Assembly: GCF_009914755.1 (NCBI RefSeq)
Contig: NC_060946.1
Direction: 5' to 3' (one strand)
Source of the DNA: the human T2T-CHM13v2.0 reference genome, Homo sapiens
DNA: 64,000 nt
Shown here one piece after another: positions 1-11,024 of the stretch (position 1 is the first letter of the stretch; each line of letters starts with the position of its first letter). The notes under the pieces are model-generated. The model searched no databases and was not told where the DNA came from. It was given only the letters and a program-made list of their open reading frames with translations. The translations under genes were made by a program, and so were the position numbers.

Positions 1-44
1 CGACAAGCCCCTCCCGTACTCCCGTTCCCCAGACCAACCCCCAC

Positions 45-115
45 CTTTAAAGCCCTCCTCGTCCACCATAAGCGTGTAATCCTCAGGGGTCTCCGTCAGG
101 CTGAAGAACTTGCAC
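45..115 (-). CDS. CASTOR1: CASTOR1 (GATSL3) coding exon 2; gene continues off the window start
   Basis: cag|GTGCAAG...TTTAAAG|gtgggg, 71 nt, encodes (R)CKFFSLTETPEDYTLMVDEEGFK(E), in phase with exon 1; matches the CASTOR1 N-terminus as I know it. Confidence 0.96.
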
Positions 116-519
116 CTGGTTGGGGGTGGGGAGCATCTTCAGCTTGGTGTGGAGAACTAGGGGTCGGGAGTGGATTTCTCTCCATCTGCCCCGAGACACC
201 CCCGCGACCCTGGGCCGGGCGCCTTCTTGCCCTCTCGGCCTTTAATTTCCAGGCCAATGGGATGTTAGCCCCATCTCGGGGGTTGGGGGCTACTTTCCGG
301 CCTCCCGACCTCTCCAGGAACCCTCCACCCCTCCACTCCTGGAGGGAGGAGAGGTTCACACCCGCGGCGACAGCCCCAGGGGCGTCGGACCTTGGACCCC
401 CTAGTCCAGCCCCTCTGACATGAAGTGAGGCGTCCTGGAAGGAGCTCCCCGCAGTGACCAGGTAGGAATGCCCCCATTTGACACTACTGAGTTAAGCATT
501 GCCCATCCCAGGCTGTTTG

Positions 520-1500
520 CGCTTTGCCCCTGGGAGGGGGCCTCACGGGGCCGGATAGGCGGCGGTCCCCCAGGCCGGATGGCGGCCGGACGGGGAGAGT
601 CCTCCCCACCCGCTCCCGCCCGCCTGCCTGCCTGCCTTACGGCGATCCTAATCCTCCGACCCTGGCCCGGAGCGAGAGCAGAGCCCCCAGCCCCTATCTG
701 CGCTCCCGAACCCGGGCGCGCACCGGCTGCGGCGGGGCAGGAAGAGCAGCTTGATGAGCGGGTGGGTGTAGAGCCAGAGACCGGGACGGGCGACGCTCAG
801 CACCCGCACCCGGTGTTCTAGGATGTGCAGCTCCATCGCGGCTCGCGCGGACCCGACCCCGCCGCCAACTAGACCCAGGCCGCACGGGAGGCGGGGCGGC
901 GGGGGTGGTGCCCGAGCCTTAAAGGAGCCGCTGCGCTGCCGCGTCCACGCCGCCCGCTGCGAGGCTGACCCGCCCAGCCAGGCGCGGCGTCCGGCTCCTT
1001 GACGGCCACGCCCCGCGGGAAGAGAAGCCTATTGGGTGGTCACGCCTCCTCCTAACGCCAGAACCTCATCCCGCTTTCCAGCCAGCCCACCGAGACCGCC
1101 CCGAACGGCTCCGCCTTTTTTAGTACTGGCTCGGGGATAGACCCCACCCCGTCTGACTCCTCCAGGCCCCGCCCCTGACGCGCCCCCTCCCTGGGCTCCG
1201 CCCTTTCCGCGGAAAGCCAGCTGCGCAGCCGGTGGGAGCATCCCGGAGGGGACGTTTCTGTCCTTCTGGCACACACGTGGGTTTCATGATTGAAGTCCTT
1301 GAGACAGAAGGGACACGAAACAAACTGGAGCTCGGCTAGGACCAGAACGCTGCCCCCAAATCCCCGGAGCAATGAGAGGCACAGGTCTGCTGTGCAGCGC
1401 TGTCCCCCGGGCGCCTTTCGCTCTCCTGCCTCTCATGGCTGCAGGGGGCAGGGCCGCCAACACAGGATTGCGATTGATACCTACCCTTCCCCGCTTGCGA
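520..1500 (-). promoter_or_regulatory. CASTOR1: CpG-island promoter of CASTOR1
   Basis: High CpG/GC density; TATA-like CCTTTAAGG (917-925, minus), CCAAT (1031-1035, minus), several GC boxes, E-box CACGTG (1274-1279). Confidence 0.85.
724..836 (-). CDS. CASTOR1: CASTOR1 coding exon 1 (cytosolic arginine sensor for mTORC1)
   Basis: ATG at 836; MELHILEHRVRVLSVARPGLWLYTHPLIKLLFLPRRS(R), donor CG|gtgcgc; 113 nt. Confidence 0.97.
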
Positions 1501-3344
1501 GGGGGCTGACAAATTGAAACCTGGCCTGGTAGCCCCACTTGTTCCTTTCATCCAACTTTCAAAATAGAAGGCTCCCCACCAGGGGCACACAGAGGTAGAA
1601 TCCTAGCCACCTCTGCCTGAGCGACATACTTTGGGTTAGGGGGCTGCAGGTGGCCAAGGCCTAAGGCTTGAGGTCCCTCGATACCAACAAAACCCGGAAG
1701 TGCTTGAGCCAGTAATGCCCAGTGCTCAGACTTTGGTGGGGGAGGCCCTTGCAGCTGAGGTTCAGTGAGTACTCAGACCTCAAGCCTGAAACTTGAGCCC
1801 CAAAGCCTGCAGCCCTTAGCTAGCCTGTGCACATCTAAACTTGCTTCAGGTTCAAGGAGGCCCCCGGCACTGGCAGACACCCCAGATCTTATCAGGCCTT
1901 CACAGGTCTAAGACCCCCCCAAGGCTAAGCAGGCATCAGCATGTCCATGTTGGCTCCATGCAGGGCTGAGAATGCTCCAGGGGACCCTTGCCTGGCCTGA
2001 GCACCCTGAGGCCTCAGATGTGAGGCTTTGAACCAAGTAGACTAAAGCAGGCCTCAGGCCTGATTGGGACCCAGCAGGCCTAAGCAGGCCCTCTGCCTGC
2101 TCTGGAGCCCCCACCATAGGCAGATGGAAGCCAAGCTAAGCCTCCTCCCTGGACTCTCGGGCTTGACACATTCCTGTGAAACACTATGTAGCCACCACAT
2201 CCTGGCCTATCCCCTGGAGGACTAGGGGAAGGAGGAGCTTCTCAAAGGCTGAGCCCATCTCATCAATGGCAGGTGCAGACAGAGTGGGAAACCATGGGGC
2301 TGAGGGGAAGGAGGCAGGAAGTGGAGTGGCCTACCCTGATAGTCTCTTGAAACCCTTCACCTCCCTAGGCCTCAGTATCCCCAGCTGTACCAGGACAGGA
2401 TGTTCCAGGCCCAGGCGAAGGCTGAAAGCTCCCAGGGAGGCTCTGCTCCTCCCTCTCCTGCCCCCTCCCGCTATGGCCTGGCCTGGCCCAGCTTGGTCAT
2501 CTGCCAGGAATAGCGCTATTGTTTGACTGGAAAAGCTGCTTCCTCAGCAGAAGGGGGGCCTCTCCCAGGGACACCCTGTCCTTGCCCTCACCAGTCATCA
2601 GGTTGTGACCGCAGTGCCTGCCTGGGCCCTCAAGGGCAGAGTCAGGTCTCCTGGAGCCCTGGTCAGGAGAGGAAGCTGAGTGAGGGGCTCTTGGTGCAAA
2701 TCCGGCTGAGGCTTTCCCATTCAGCTCCTGTTTCCTCGTCTGTTAAATGGGGCTAATGGAGCCTACTTGACCAGTCCAGCCTGGCACTTGGCAGTAAATC
2801 GAAGGCGGCATTTTATCAAAGAACCACAATTCGCCCCCCTCCCTGAGGGCCTGGGCTGAGCCTGTGAGGACATTCGTGGTGCTCCACTCCGGGCCCCGTC
2901 CCTGACCCCAACCCAGAATCAGCTCTCAGAAACTTACTGGAGCCTGAGGTAGCATCCAGGCCAGGACTTGAAGGAGGAAGACCCTGAAACCTCCTCCTTA
3001 GGAGTCCCTGCCCCCTTGGTGGGTGGGTGAGGACCAAGGCCTAGGGAGCACGCCCTGCTCTGCCCAGCACTGAGCTCCAGCCCTGGTGTCCCTCATCTGT
3101 GGCAGAAGGTAGACATAAGGCAGTGGGGATGGGGTGAGTGAAAATGGGGGTTAAGAATGGGGGCTGACCAGGGACTTGGCATGTCCTCTGGCAAAGGTAC
3201 CTCTCAGAGAGGCTCTGGTGCTGGGCTGGGGCCCAGGAGAAGGGGCTCTGTAGGGCAAAGAGAAGAGATGCTGAGCACCAAGGTGACCAAGGTGGTACCC
3301 CCTTCCCAGCCCCTAGCTGTACACGAGCTCTCTATACAAGGCTG

Positions 3345-3350
3345 TTTATT
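3345..3350 (-). terminator. TBC1D10A: TBC1D10A poly(A) signal AATAAA
   Basis: tttatt on + strand ~365 nt after the stop, with TGTA (CFIm-type) motifs just upstream on the sense strand. Confidence 0.85.
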
Positions 3351-3542
3351 TCTGTACAAAACCATGTTTCTATTTTACACAAAGAACACCCCACCCTTTC
3401 CCCTCACACCAGCACCCTAACCCTGGGGAGCATCCCCCAGGAGGAGGGGGCTGAAGGAGGCCCCACCCCCCAGGCCCTAGCTTCTGCCTGCCCTGGCTGG
3501 GCCAGCCTGAGTGCCACTGTAAAGAAAATAAATAAGGAGGCT

Positions 3543-3587
3543 CAGGCAGAATCTGTGTTGGACCAGGCAGAATCTGTGTTGGACCAG
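3543..3587. repeat. Perfect 21-bp tandem duplication in the TBC1D10A 3'UTR
   Basis: caggcagaatctgtgttggac x2 followed by cag. Confidence 0.95.
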
Positions 3588-3713
3588 CCAGACTCCAGCC
3601 CAGCCCAGTGGCCAGGCAGCTTGGCCCTCAGAGGGTGGGCAGGATGTGGAATGTCAGTTCATGAACCGTGTAGTTATATGGAGACCCCGCCCTGGAGGCC
3701 TTAGCTGCCAGGG

Positions 3714-4190
3714 TTACAAGTAGGTGTCCTCACTCTCTTGGGACGTCAAGCTCTCCTGGGAGCGGTGGTGGGCTGAGACCTGGGGAGCCAAATCCTGAGG
3801 GGCTGAGTCCTTGGGGGCTGAGTCCTTCGGGGGCACATGCTGTGGGGGACATGCATCTCCTGCAGCGGCCACCACCATGGCTTGATTTGGGGCTGGGGGC
3901 TTCTCCAGCTGCCCTCTCCCCTTCATCTGTTTCCGCTGCTCCTTCTGGGCCTGCTTGGGTGGCTTGGGCTTGGCTTTGGAGCCAGGGAGGGGGGCATCTA
4001 GGGGCAGGCGGATGGATGGTGAAGGTTGTAGGGCAGGCCGGGGACCAGGTTCTGCATCCAAGATAGCCTTGGCACCATGCAGCCTGGGCGGGGAGCGGCA
4101 CTGCAGCTCACCCCGGGTCTCCTGCCAGCGCCGCAGCTGAATGAGGTGTTCGCGCTCAATCTGGCGCTCTGTCACGGGCAACTCCACCAC
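3714..4190 (-). CDS. TBC1D10A: TBC1D10A coding exon 9 (last), ends in PDZ-binding motif DTYL
   Basis: ctgcag|GTGGTGGAG; [10 protein letters not shown]...SQESEDTYL*; 477 nt; all 9 exons sum to 1527 nt = 508 aa + stop. Confidence 0.97.
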   Translation of the reverse strand: MVELPVTERQIEREHLIQLRRWQETRGELQCRSPPRLHGAKAILDAEPGPRPALQPSPSIRLPLDAPLPGSKAKPKPPKQAQKEQRKQMKGRGQLEKPPAPNQAMVVAAAGDACPPQHVPPKDSAPKDSAPQDLAPQVSAHHRSQESLTSQESEDTYL

Positions 4191-4989
4191 CTGCAGGGGC
4201 AGTGACACAGGCAAGTGGACACCAAGAAGAAGGACCTTCCCCTTCTGCCTCCCAGCCTGGGCCCCCAGTCTTCCTCAGCATCCCCCAGCCTTGGCCACTA
4301 AACACTGACCCCAGGAAGGATGAGGGTCTAGTCCTAAGCTGCAGTCACGAGCCCCACAGCTGAGTGCCAGGTGAGCTGGACACTTGAGACCCACCGCCTC
4401 AGAGGATAAAGCTGCCCACAGCTTCACGAGTCCACCTGCCTGACTATGGGGCTAAAGGGGTAAGACCCAGACAGACAAAAACCTGCTCTCTGCCAACCTG
4501 TCACCCACCGCTGCCCAGGGCAGCCTGGCTGCTTAGGCTCAAATTCCAGCTCCACCTGGGTGGGTGACTTTAAGGGGAGTTGCTTAGTGATTCTGCCTCT
4601 GTGAGCCTCCATTTCCTCATGTGTAAAAGCTGGTCACGCATGTTCCACCTAATTGCCCCTGAGAGACAAGTATCCATAAAGAAAGAACAAAGAGAAATAA
4701 GAGCCAAGGCTGCGAATGGGGTACCAGGGAGGAAGACGGGGCCGTGGGTCAACATTCTTCTTCATTCCCAAGCGGCTCGGATCCAGAAGGCCCTGCAGAG
4801 CCAAGCCTCTCTGTGCCCCATGCTCTTCACCAGACAGAAGGATGAGGTCCACCCACATGTTCTGTGTTGCCTAGCAATGGTCCTGGCATAGGATCCACCC
4901 TCAGGGGCTGAGGGTTAGCGGGACCCCCTTCAAAGGACCCCCACCTGTCTTCCTCCCTCCCCATGATAAGGGGCAGGCATGGGCTGTAC

Positions 4990-5144
4990 CTCCTGGACCA
5001 GAAAGGCCTCCTGCATGATCTTGGGGCTGAGGCTCCGCAGTCGCTCGATGGTCTCGTACTGGCCCTGGCAGGCTTTGACCTTCTCAGGGGAGCCCAGCGC
5101 GTGCTTCAGCAGCACCAGCCCCACCCGGAAGATGATCTTGACCC
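4990..5144 (-). CDS. TBC1D10A: TBC1D10A exon 8
   Basis: (G)[13 protein letters not shown]...EAFLVQE; cag| and |gtacag; 155 nt. Confidence 0.96.
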
Positions 5145-5259
5145 CTGCATGGGGGATGGGCAGTAAGTACAAGGAAGCTTTTTGGGGTTTCTCTGCAAAG
5201 AGAGGCCCCACTGTGGGCTGCTGGGGACAGGGGTGCTCCCCCCAAGCCCAGCCCAGTAC

Positions 5260-5449
5260 CTTCACAGAAGAACATGTCCCAGACACGCAGCACAGAGCTC
5301 CAGGGCAAGGTTCGGGAGAAGGCGCACATGAACCATTCTGTCATATAAAGGAGCGGGTCGATCTTCTGACGGCTGAGGTGCTTGTGGGCCACCGGCGACA
5401 CCTTCTGCAACAGCGAGAAAAGGATCTCCCCGTCCAGCTGGATCGCCTC
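5260..5449 (-). CDS. TBC1D10A: TBC1D10A exon 7 (C-terminal part of TBC domain)
   Basis: EAIQLDG...EWFMCAF...[10 protein letters not shown](G); tag| and |gtactg; 190 nt. Confidence 0.97.
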
Positions 5450-5514
5450 CTAGGGAGACATCGAGGCCACGGGACCATGACCGTGGGCTGCAGGAGCCAG
5501 GGCAGAGACTACAC

Positions 5515-5542
5515 CCCAGCACCCAGCACCCAGCACCCAGCA
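5515..5542. repeat. (CCCAGCA)4 short tandem repeat
   Basis: Direct reading. Confidence 0.85.
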
Positions 5543-6134
5543 GGCTCAGGCAGCTACCGCCTGCAGGGTGTCTGCCTCTGCCAGGTGCTAGGATACAATG
5601 ATGAGCAAAGCGGAGCCAGCTGGTCCCCTGGAGGGAGCTTATCCTGAGAAGGGCACATGAGCAAAAGAGGCTAGGGGAGGGGGAGGAGGCTGAATGCCCC
5701 TAACAAGGCTGGAGCAGGACTGCTCTCAAGCATGTGCTGGAGGGTCTCACCTGTCAGGGTCAAGGAAGCTCCCTGAGGGCTAAAAGCTGAAGGACAAGAG
5801 AAGTTTTTAGGGGACAGCACGGGGAAGGGAGCTTCCAAGCAGATTTTAGCCTAGGACAAGGCCAAGGCGAAGGGAGGGAAGAACTTGGTGCCCTGGAAGA
5901 ACTTCAATTCTGCAAAGTGACCAGAGCAGCTAGAGGCTGAGATGAAAGTCAGTGTAGAAGGGATAACATTGTAACCCAGGAGACCTAACCCTGGCAGGCC
6001 TTGGGACTTCAGCCTCAAGGCAACAGAAGGCCGGAAAGTTTTTAACCTGGGCAGGAGTTACTATGAGAGAAGGGCCTGGAGGGGCCACAGAGGGTGTCCA
6101 GCCCAGGGCAAGTCCCAGGCCAGGCGACACTCAC

Positions 6135-6200
6135 CAGTTTCTCGCTGTAGTAGCCGGGCAGGTACTTCTCACAGATCTGTACCAGGCACCAGAAGGCTTG
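6135..6200 (-). CDS. TBC1D10A: TBC1D10A exon 6
   Basis: [22 protein letters not shown]; cag| and |gtgagt; 66 nt. Confidence 0.96.
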
Positions 6201-6279
6201 CTGTGGGCAAGAGAGATGTGAGGCCTTGCCGTTGGGGGTTCCCCACCCACCCCCCTGCCTGCCCGGGGCCTGGTGGTAC

Positions 6280-6394
6280 CTCAGCAGGCATATGCATGAG
6301 CAAGACAGCGGCAATGGGCGCCTGGGCCTGGCAGTAGCCCTCCTCGGGCCGGTACAGCGTGTAGGCCTTCAGCACACGGAATAGGTCCTGCTGG
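6280..6394 (-). CDS. TBC1D10A: TBC1D10A exon 5 (YxQ glutamine-finger motif GYCQ)
   Basis: (G)[11 protein letters not shown]...[20 protein letters not shown]; |gtacca; 115 nt. Confidence 0.96.
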
Positions 6395-7075
6395 CTGTGG
6401 AGAGGCCGGGCAGAGCAGTGATGACCGGGGTGACTCTGCTACCCACGGCCTTCACCTATGCCCCAGTGGACCAGCCAGCCTCAGAATCTGCCCCTCCCTT
6501 GAGAGGGAAGGTGATCTGCTTGTGGTCACCAAGGGGTCAGTCTCCTACTGGAGCACATGGACTCTCACGTGCCCAGAAGGAAGGAGGTGGGGAAGGTCTC
6601 CCCCATGACAGGGGAGGGCAGAGGCTCAAAGAGAAAACAGGGAGCAGGGCCAGGGCAGGATGTAAAGCTATGTCAGGGCTGGAAGTAGGGGCCCCTCACT
6701 CAGCAGCTATGGCCCCTTGGCCGGGCCAGCTTTGTCCCTGCATCTGTCTTGGTCCCCTTGCCTGCCCTATCTCTCCCCTGCATACCCTCCACTCACCCAA
6801 TTCCCTCTATCCCTCTTTCTCGCCAACAAAACCTGTTTCCGGAAGAGGGCCAGGCTGGACAAGCTCTAGCACTCTGGAGTCAATGAGGAAAGCCCCCCCA
6901 GAGGTAAGAGGAGATGCTGAGAACACACATCAGACTCAAACCAAAAAAAGGGAAATGCTAAGAGTGGAGTTGGGGGCACCAAGCTTCTAAAGCCCTGAAC
7001 TCACTGTACCTCCTTAGACCCCTTAGAGACAGGCCCTAGAGCCACCTCCCACCTCATGAGGCCCAGCCTGCTCAC

Positions 7076-7182
7076 CCGTGGCCCCCCCGGGACACAAACA
7101 TCTCATGGAATGGGAACTGCCGGTGCAGGTCACGCTCAATCACGTCCAGCCACTTGGGGTCCCCAGGGGACATGTCCAGCTC
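7076..7182 (-). CDS. TBC1D10A: TBC1D10A exon 4 (IxxDxxR arginine-finger motif IERDLHR)
   Basis: [35 protein letters not shown](G); tag| and |gtgagc; 107 nt; absent from the ORF track, read by hand. Confidence 0.96.
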
Positions 7183-7539
7183 CTAGAAGCAAGGGCACAA
7201 ATTAGGGGCTGGGGAGGATGGAGGTGGGCTTTGCTGACAGGACACGGCTGCCCAGGGATTAGGGGAGGGGGCCCTCCACCAGGGGCAGTGCCCACCCAAG
7301 CCCATCACAGACTGGGCCTTCCCAAGGACAGGAAGAGAAGCTCAGGTAAGGAATGCCTGGGCAGGGGCAAAGGGGCAAGGAGGGAAGGGCCCTGGAAACC
7401 TTAAACCTGGCTCTAGGAAGACCGATGAGGGCAAGAGTGTCCACTCCAGCTGCGGCTGGAAGGACCTCTAGACATTTCATTCGGGAGTCAGATACATTAT
7501 GTCACATCCTTAAGACAGAAGGCTGCTTCTCTGAGCAAT

Positions 7540-7770
7540 AGCTACCAGCTGTTCCCACTTCTCTGAGCCAGGCGCTAAGCTGGGCACAGGGTACCTGTGG
7601 GCCTTACTGATCCTGCTCCCCAACCTCCAGAGATAGGACCTATCATTACACCCTGTTCGCAGATGAGAAAACTGAATGTCAAGGCCTCATGTCAAGGTAT
7701 TTTACTCTGGCTAGAAAAATGGTGGAGCTGGGACTGGAAGCCAGGTCTGACTCAAAGCCGTCCATCCCAG
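7540..7770 (-). mobile_element. MIR remnant
   Basis: Degenerate core gcagatgagaaaactga...ggtggagctgggactggaagccaggtctgactc. Confidence 0.6.
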
Positions 7771-8009
7771 CTCCTCAGCTACATGCCTCCCTGTGCAGGT
7801 GGCGTCAACTATCCAGGAAGCCAGGTGTGTGTGAGATCTGCACAGAGCTCTTTCTGGAAGGACATGACATCTGTCAAACCATTAACCTCAGATACTTCTC
7901 TGGGTGCCGAGGTTTCAACAAAGTTTTACTCTTTTCTTTGAACTTCTGTGAACGCTTCAGTATGTGCACCTTTACAAAACAACAAAGCCATTACAAAAAG
8001 GAAAATCTT

Positions 8010-8172
8010 TTCTTGGTCATTTGAAATGTTCTCTACCTTGATCTGCATGTTGGTTACATGGATGTGTATTATTTATCAAAACTCACTGAACTGCATGCAC
8101 ATTCAAGATCTATGCATTTTACTGTATGTAAATTCATACCTCAATTTTTAAAAAAGAAAGAAAAAATAAATA
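8010..8172 (+). mobile_element. Old L1 (L1M-type) 3'-terminal fragment
   Basis: gaaatgttctctaccttgatctg...cattttactgtatgtaaattcatacctcaat plus A-rich tail. Confidence 0.7.
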
Positions 8173-10782
8173 AGGAGGAAGCCCAGAGGGCTGAGCAGGG
8201 AAGCAGAGTATTCACCAGAGGAACCAGAATGTGCTGAAAGGTGTGGCCCAGGCACCTTCATGGGAGTGTTGGTTTAAGTACAAGTTGCCTGCAGGGCAGG
8301 GGCAGCATCAGGGAAGGCCCTCAGGAGGGAGGCCAGGTCCTCAGCAAACATACCCAGTGGGCGCAGACACAGGCCCTGCCCTGACGAGCAGGTGACTTCA
8401 TACAAGCCCCTTTCCCTCTCTGGCCCTCAGTGGGAGTGTCCTAGCATTAAGCTCAAGAACCTAGGGTGCCAGGAACTTGACTAGAGGGTAAGGACTGAGA
8501 GGAGCGGCTGACAGAGTGTTCAGGGCTGGAGGGGACAGGGAGGGGCTGGGGCCTCCACACAGAGCCCTAGAGCAGGCACATAGCGGAGCGGTGGATGCGT
8601 GCCTCTGGGGCCCCACACACCCTTGTGATGGGGGTCTGTGTACTGTGCACCTCTAAGTACTGTCTGAGCGCAGTGCAGGTTTGCTTTTGTCAGAATGGGG
8701 AAGAGGGCCCCACAAATTCTCCTAGCAGTTCCCATGAGGTAGGAACCCGAAAACCCCGGAAGTCAGTTCCTAGGATGTGTTCATCTGGCACTTCAGCAGC
8801 CTAAGGCACTTGGCCACACATGGTTGGTGAGAAAGGAAAAGAGGGTAGCTGCAGATCGAAAGGGCACCGGCAGACAAGCAGGTACCATGGTCATGGGGCC
8901 TGTAGCCTCCACCAGCCTGAGGGGTACTGGCGCCATCATAAGGTGAAGCCAGAGAAGAAAGCCAGGTAAAAAAGGACAGGAGGTCCTGCCTGCCCAAGGA
9001 AGGAGGAAGAAATAGCACGTGCAGGAGAAGGAGCCACCAGCACCTGCAGAGCCTGCCCTGAATGCTGAGGTTGGGATGGGCCACCTGGACTGGGTATTGA
9101 ATGGAGGGCCCTGTGGGGAGAGAGCACAGAAACAGGTGCATGCTGCCATCACCAGACCCCCACTGTGCCCTGCCTCGGCACAGGACCCGCAGCAACCAGG
9201 GGAAGCTCCTCATGCTTCCTCTGGGTCACCCACAGGCAAAGTCTTTCCAGGTGTGCTCACAAACCATTCTTCCAGCCCCCAGAACCATGCAGGAACCCGT
9301 CACTCAGCTTCGGTGCATCAAGAAGGCCTTCTCTGCAAATCCACCTCCTCACACAAGCAACTTTCCAGACCCCCTGGGGGGTGGCTGATTCTTCTCTGGA
9401 AGCACAGCTCTACACACACATGCACACAGCTCTGTGTTCTGCTGCACACACACTCATGCTTGCTGAACCACACAGCCAAGAGGCTGACCAGGCTGCCCAC
9501 GCTCTTGGCTCTCATGCCTGGCTCTGGCAGCCTGATTTTAACTATGGACTTGGACTGAGGTTCCCACCCCTGAGCCTCCCACTTTGCCCAGGATGCGGCC
9601 CCTCGAAATGGAAGAGATGTAGCCACTAGGAGGAAGACTCTGGAGTCAAGAGGCTGCTCCAGTGTGGCCTGGTATTGGTGCTCTGGGGAATAATCCAATC
9701 AGCCAGATTCAGACCTACCCCAGCCAGACACTCTACCAGCTTCCCTGCCCCTGCAAGTCCACGTGTTGCCAGCAAAAAGCTCTCGCCCTCTCCAGGTCAA
9801 CAGCAGAAACTCTAGGCTACCTTGCCCTGCTCCTGCCCAGTCATCTCAAGGAACAGGTTTGGCAAGACTGGAGTGTTCAATGAAGAAGCATGAGATATGT
9901 CAACAAAGAGCTGGTGGTAGGCAGCTCTGCTCTGTCTCACTGTCTGCCTGTCACCAGTCCCAAGGGCCTGCGAGAAACCCCGATGCCTGCGGCCAGATCT
10001 GGCAGGTAAGCCGGGGCAACCCCAGGGAATCCAACTGCTTCCCCATAGTTCCCTGGGGGAGCAGGCTGGAGGAGCTGCCCAGCTCTGAATGGAGAGGTAT
10101 TTTACTCTGGCCAGCCATGGGGCAGGGAGCAGCAGGAGGGATATCGGGACAGGAGGAGGGATAACAACAGAGGGCACCCTCTCTGGCCACTGACTGGCGT
10201 CTGACCCCTTGAGCTACTTGGGCAGTTCCCTTCAGCCCCCTTGGGTTTGGCTCTGCTACTCCTAGGGCTGATGACCCCACAAGACACACAGGTGGGCTGT
10301 GCTGGCCAGGCTTGGACAAGGCAGGAGAAAGTAGAGGATGGGAGGCCGGGAGACACTGAAGGACCTGTGGTCCTGCTAGTCAAGCCCCCATAGGCCCAGG
10401 GCACAGGGCCCAAGGCAGTCAGGGAAATGGTCTGAGTGTCCCCTCCTGATGACCAAGAGCAGGGAGGTAGCCTACTGAGCCCAGGAAAGCAAAACCTGAG
10501 TGGTCATCAAGAGAAAGAGCTGGAATAGGGGGTACCAAATCTGGCCATTCCACTGAGGGCTGCTCAGGGCTGGAGCCTCAGTTGTACAGACCCTCCAGGA
10601 GACACAGGTACCCAGGACTGGGCCGGTCTGGCCTGCTGGGGCCTGGGCAGTTGGGCACATGACTGGAGGTTTCATGGACTGCTCATCCTGTGAGGTTCAG
10701 GTGAGCACATGGAGGATTGCCGCCATGGGGAGGACGCCAAGAGATGCGGAAGGGAGGGCAGGGCAAAGGAAGGGAAACTTAC

Positions 10783-10890
10783 GTCAAACTTTCCAGGGTT
10801 CTGCTGTAACTTCACCTTGCCTCCTGACAGGTACTGCCAAGCACGGCCCCGCAGAGAAGGCGGGATGCCCTTTTGGCACCGCAGACGAAT
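10783..10890 (-). CDS. TBC1D10A: TBC1D10A exon 3 (start of TBC domain)
   Basis: [36 protein letters not shown]; tttcag| and |gtaagt; 108 nt. Confidence 0.97.
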
Positions 10891-11024
10891 CTGAAAATCA
10901 AAAGGACAGCTGAGCCCATGCAGCCACCCAGGCAGCTCCCCTAGCCCAGCCCCTCTGCCAATGCGTGGTGGGCCCTCAGTGCACACAGCAGCAAGAGCAG
11001 AAACAGGGAGAAAAGAGGACTTTC

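Larger units (their letters stand above)
3325..3713 (-). other. TBC1D10A: TBC1D10A 3'UTR (3' end approximate)
   Basis: Between the TAA stop at 3714-3716 and the inferred cleavage site ~20 nt after AATAAA. Confidence 0.8.

Noticed and set aside
3730-4101. 123-aa alternative-frame ORF in the TBC1D10A last exon
   Set aside because: Non-ATG start, no splice route into this frame that I could support
4979-5647. 222-aa + strand ORF
   Set aside because: Antisense to TBC1D10A exons 7-8 in GC-rich DNA; no independent gene signals
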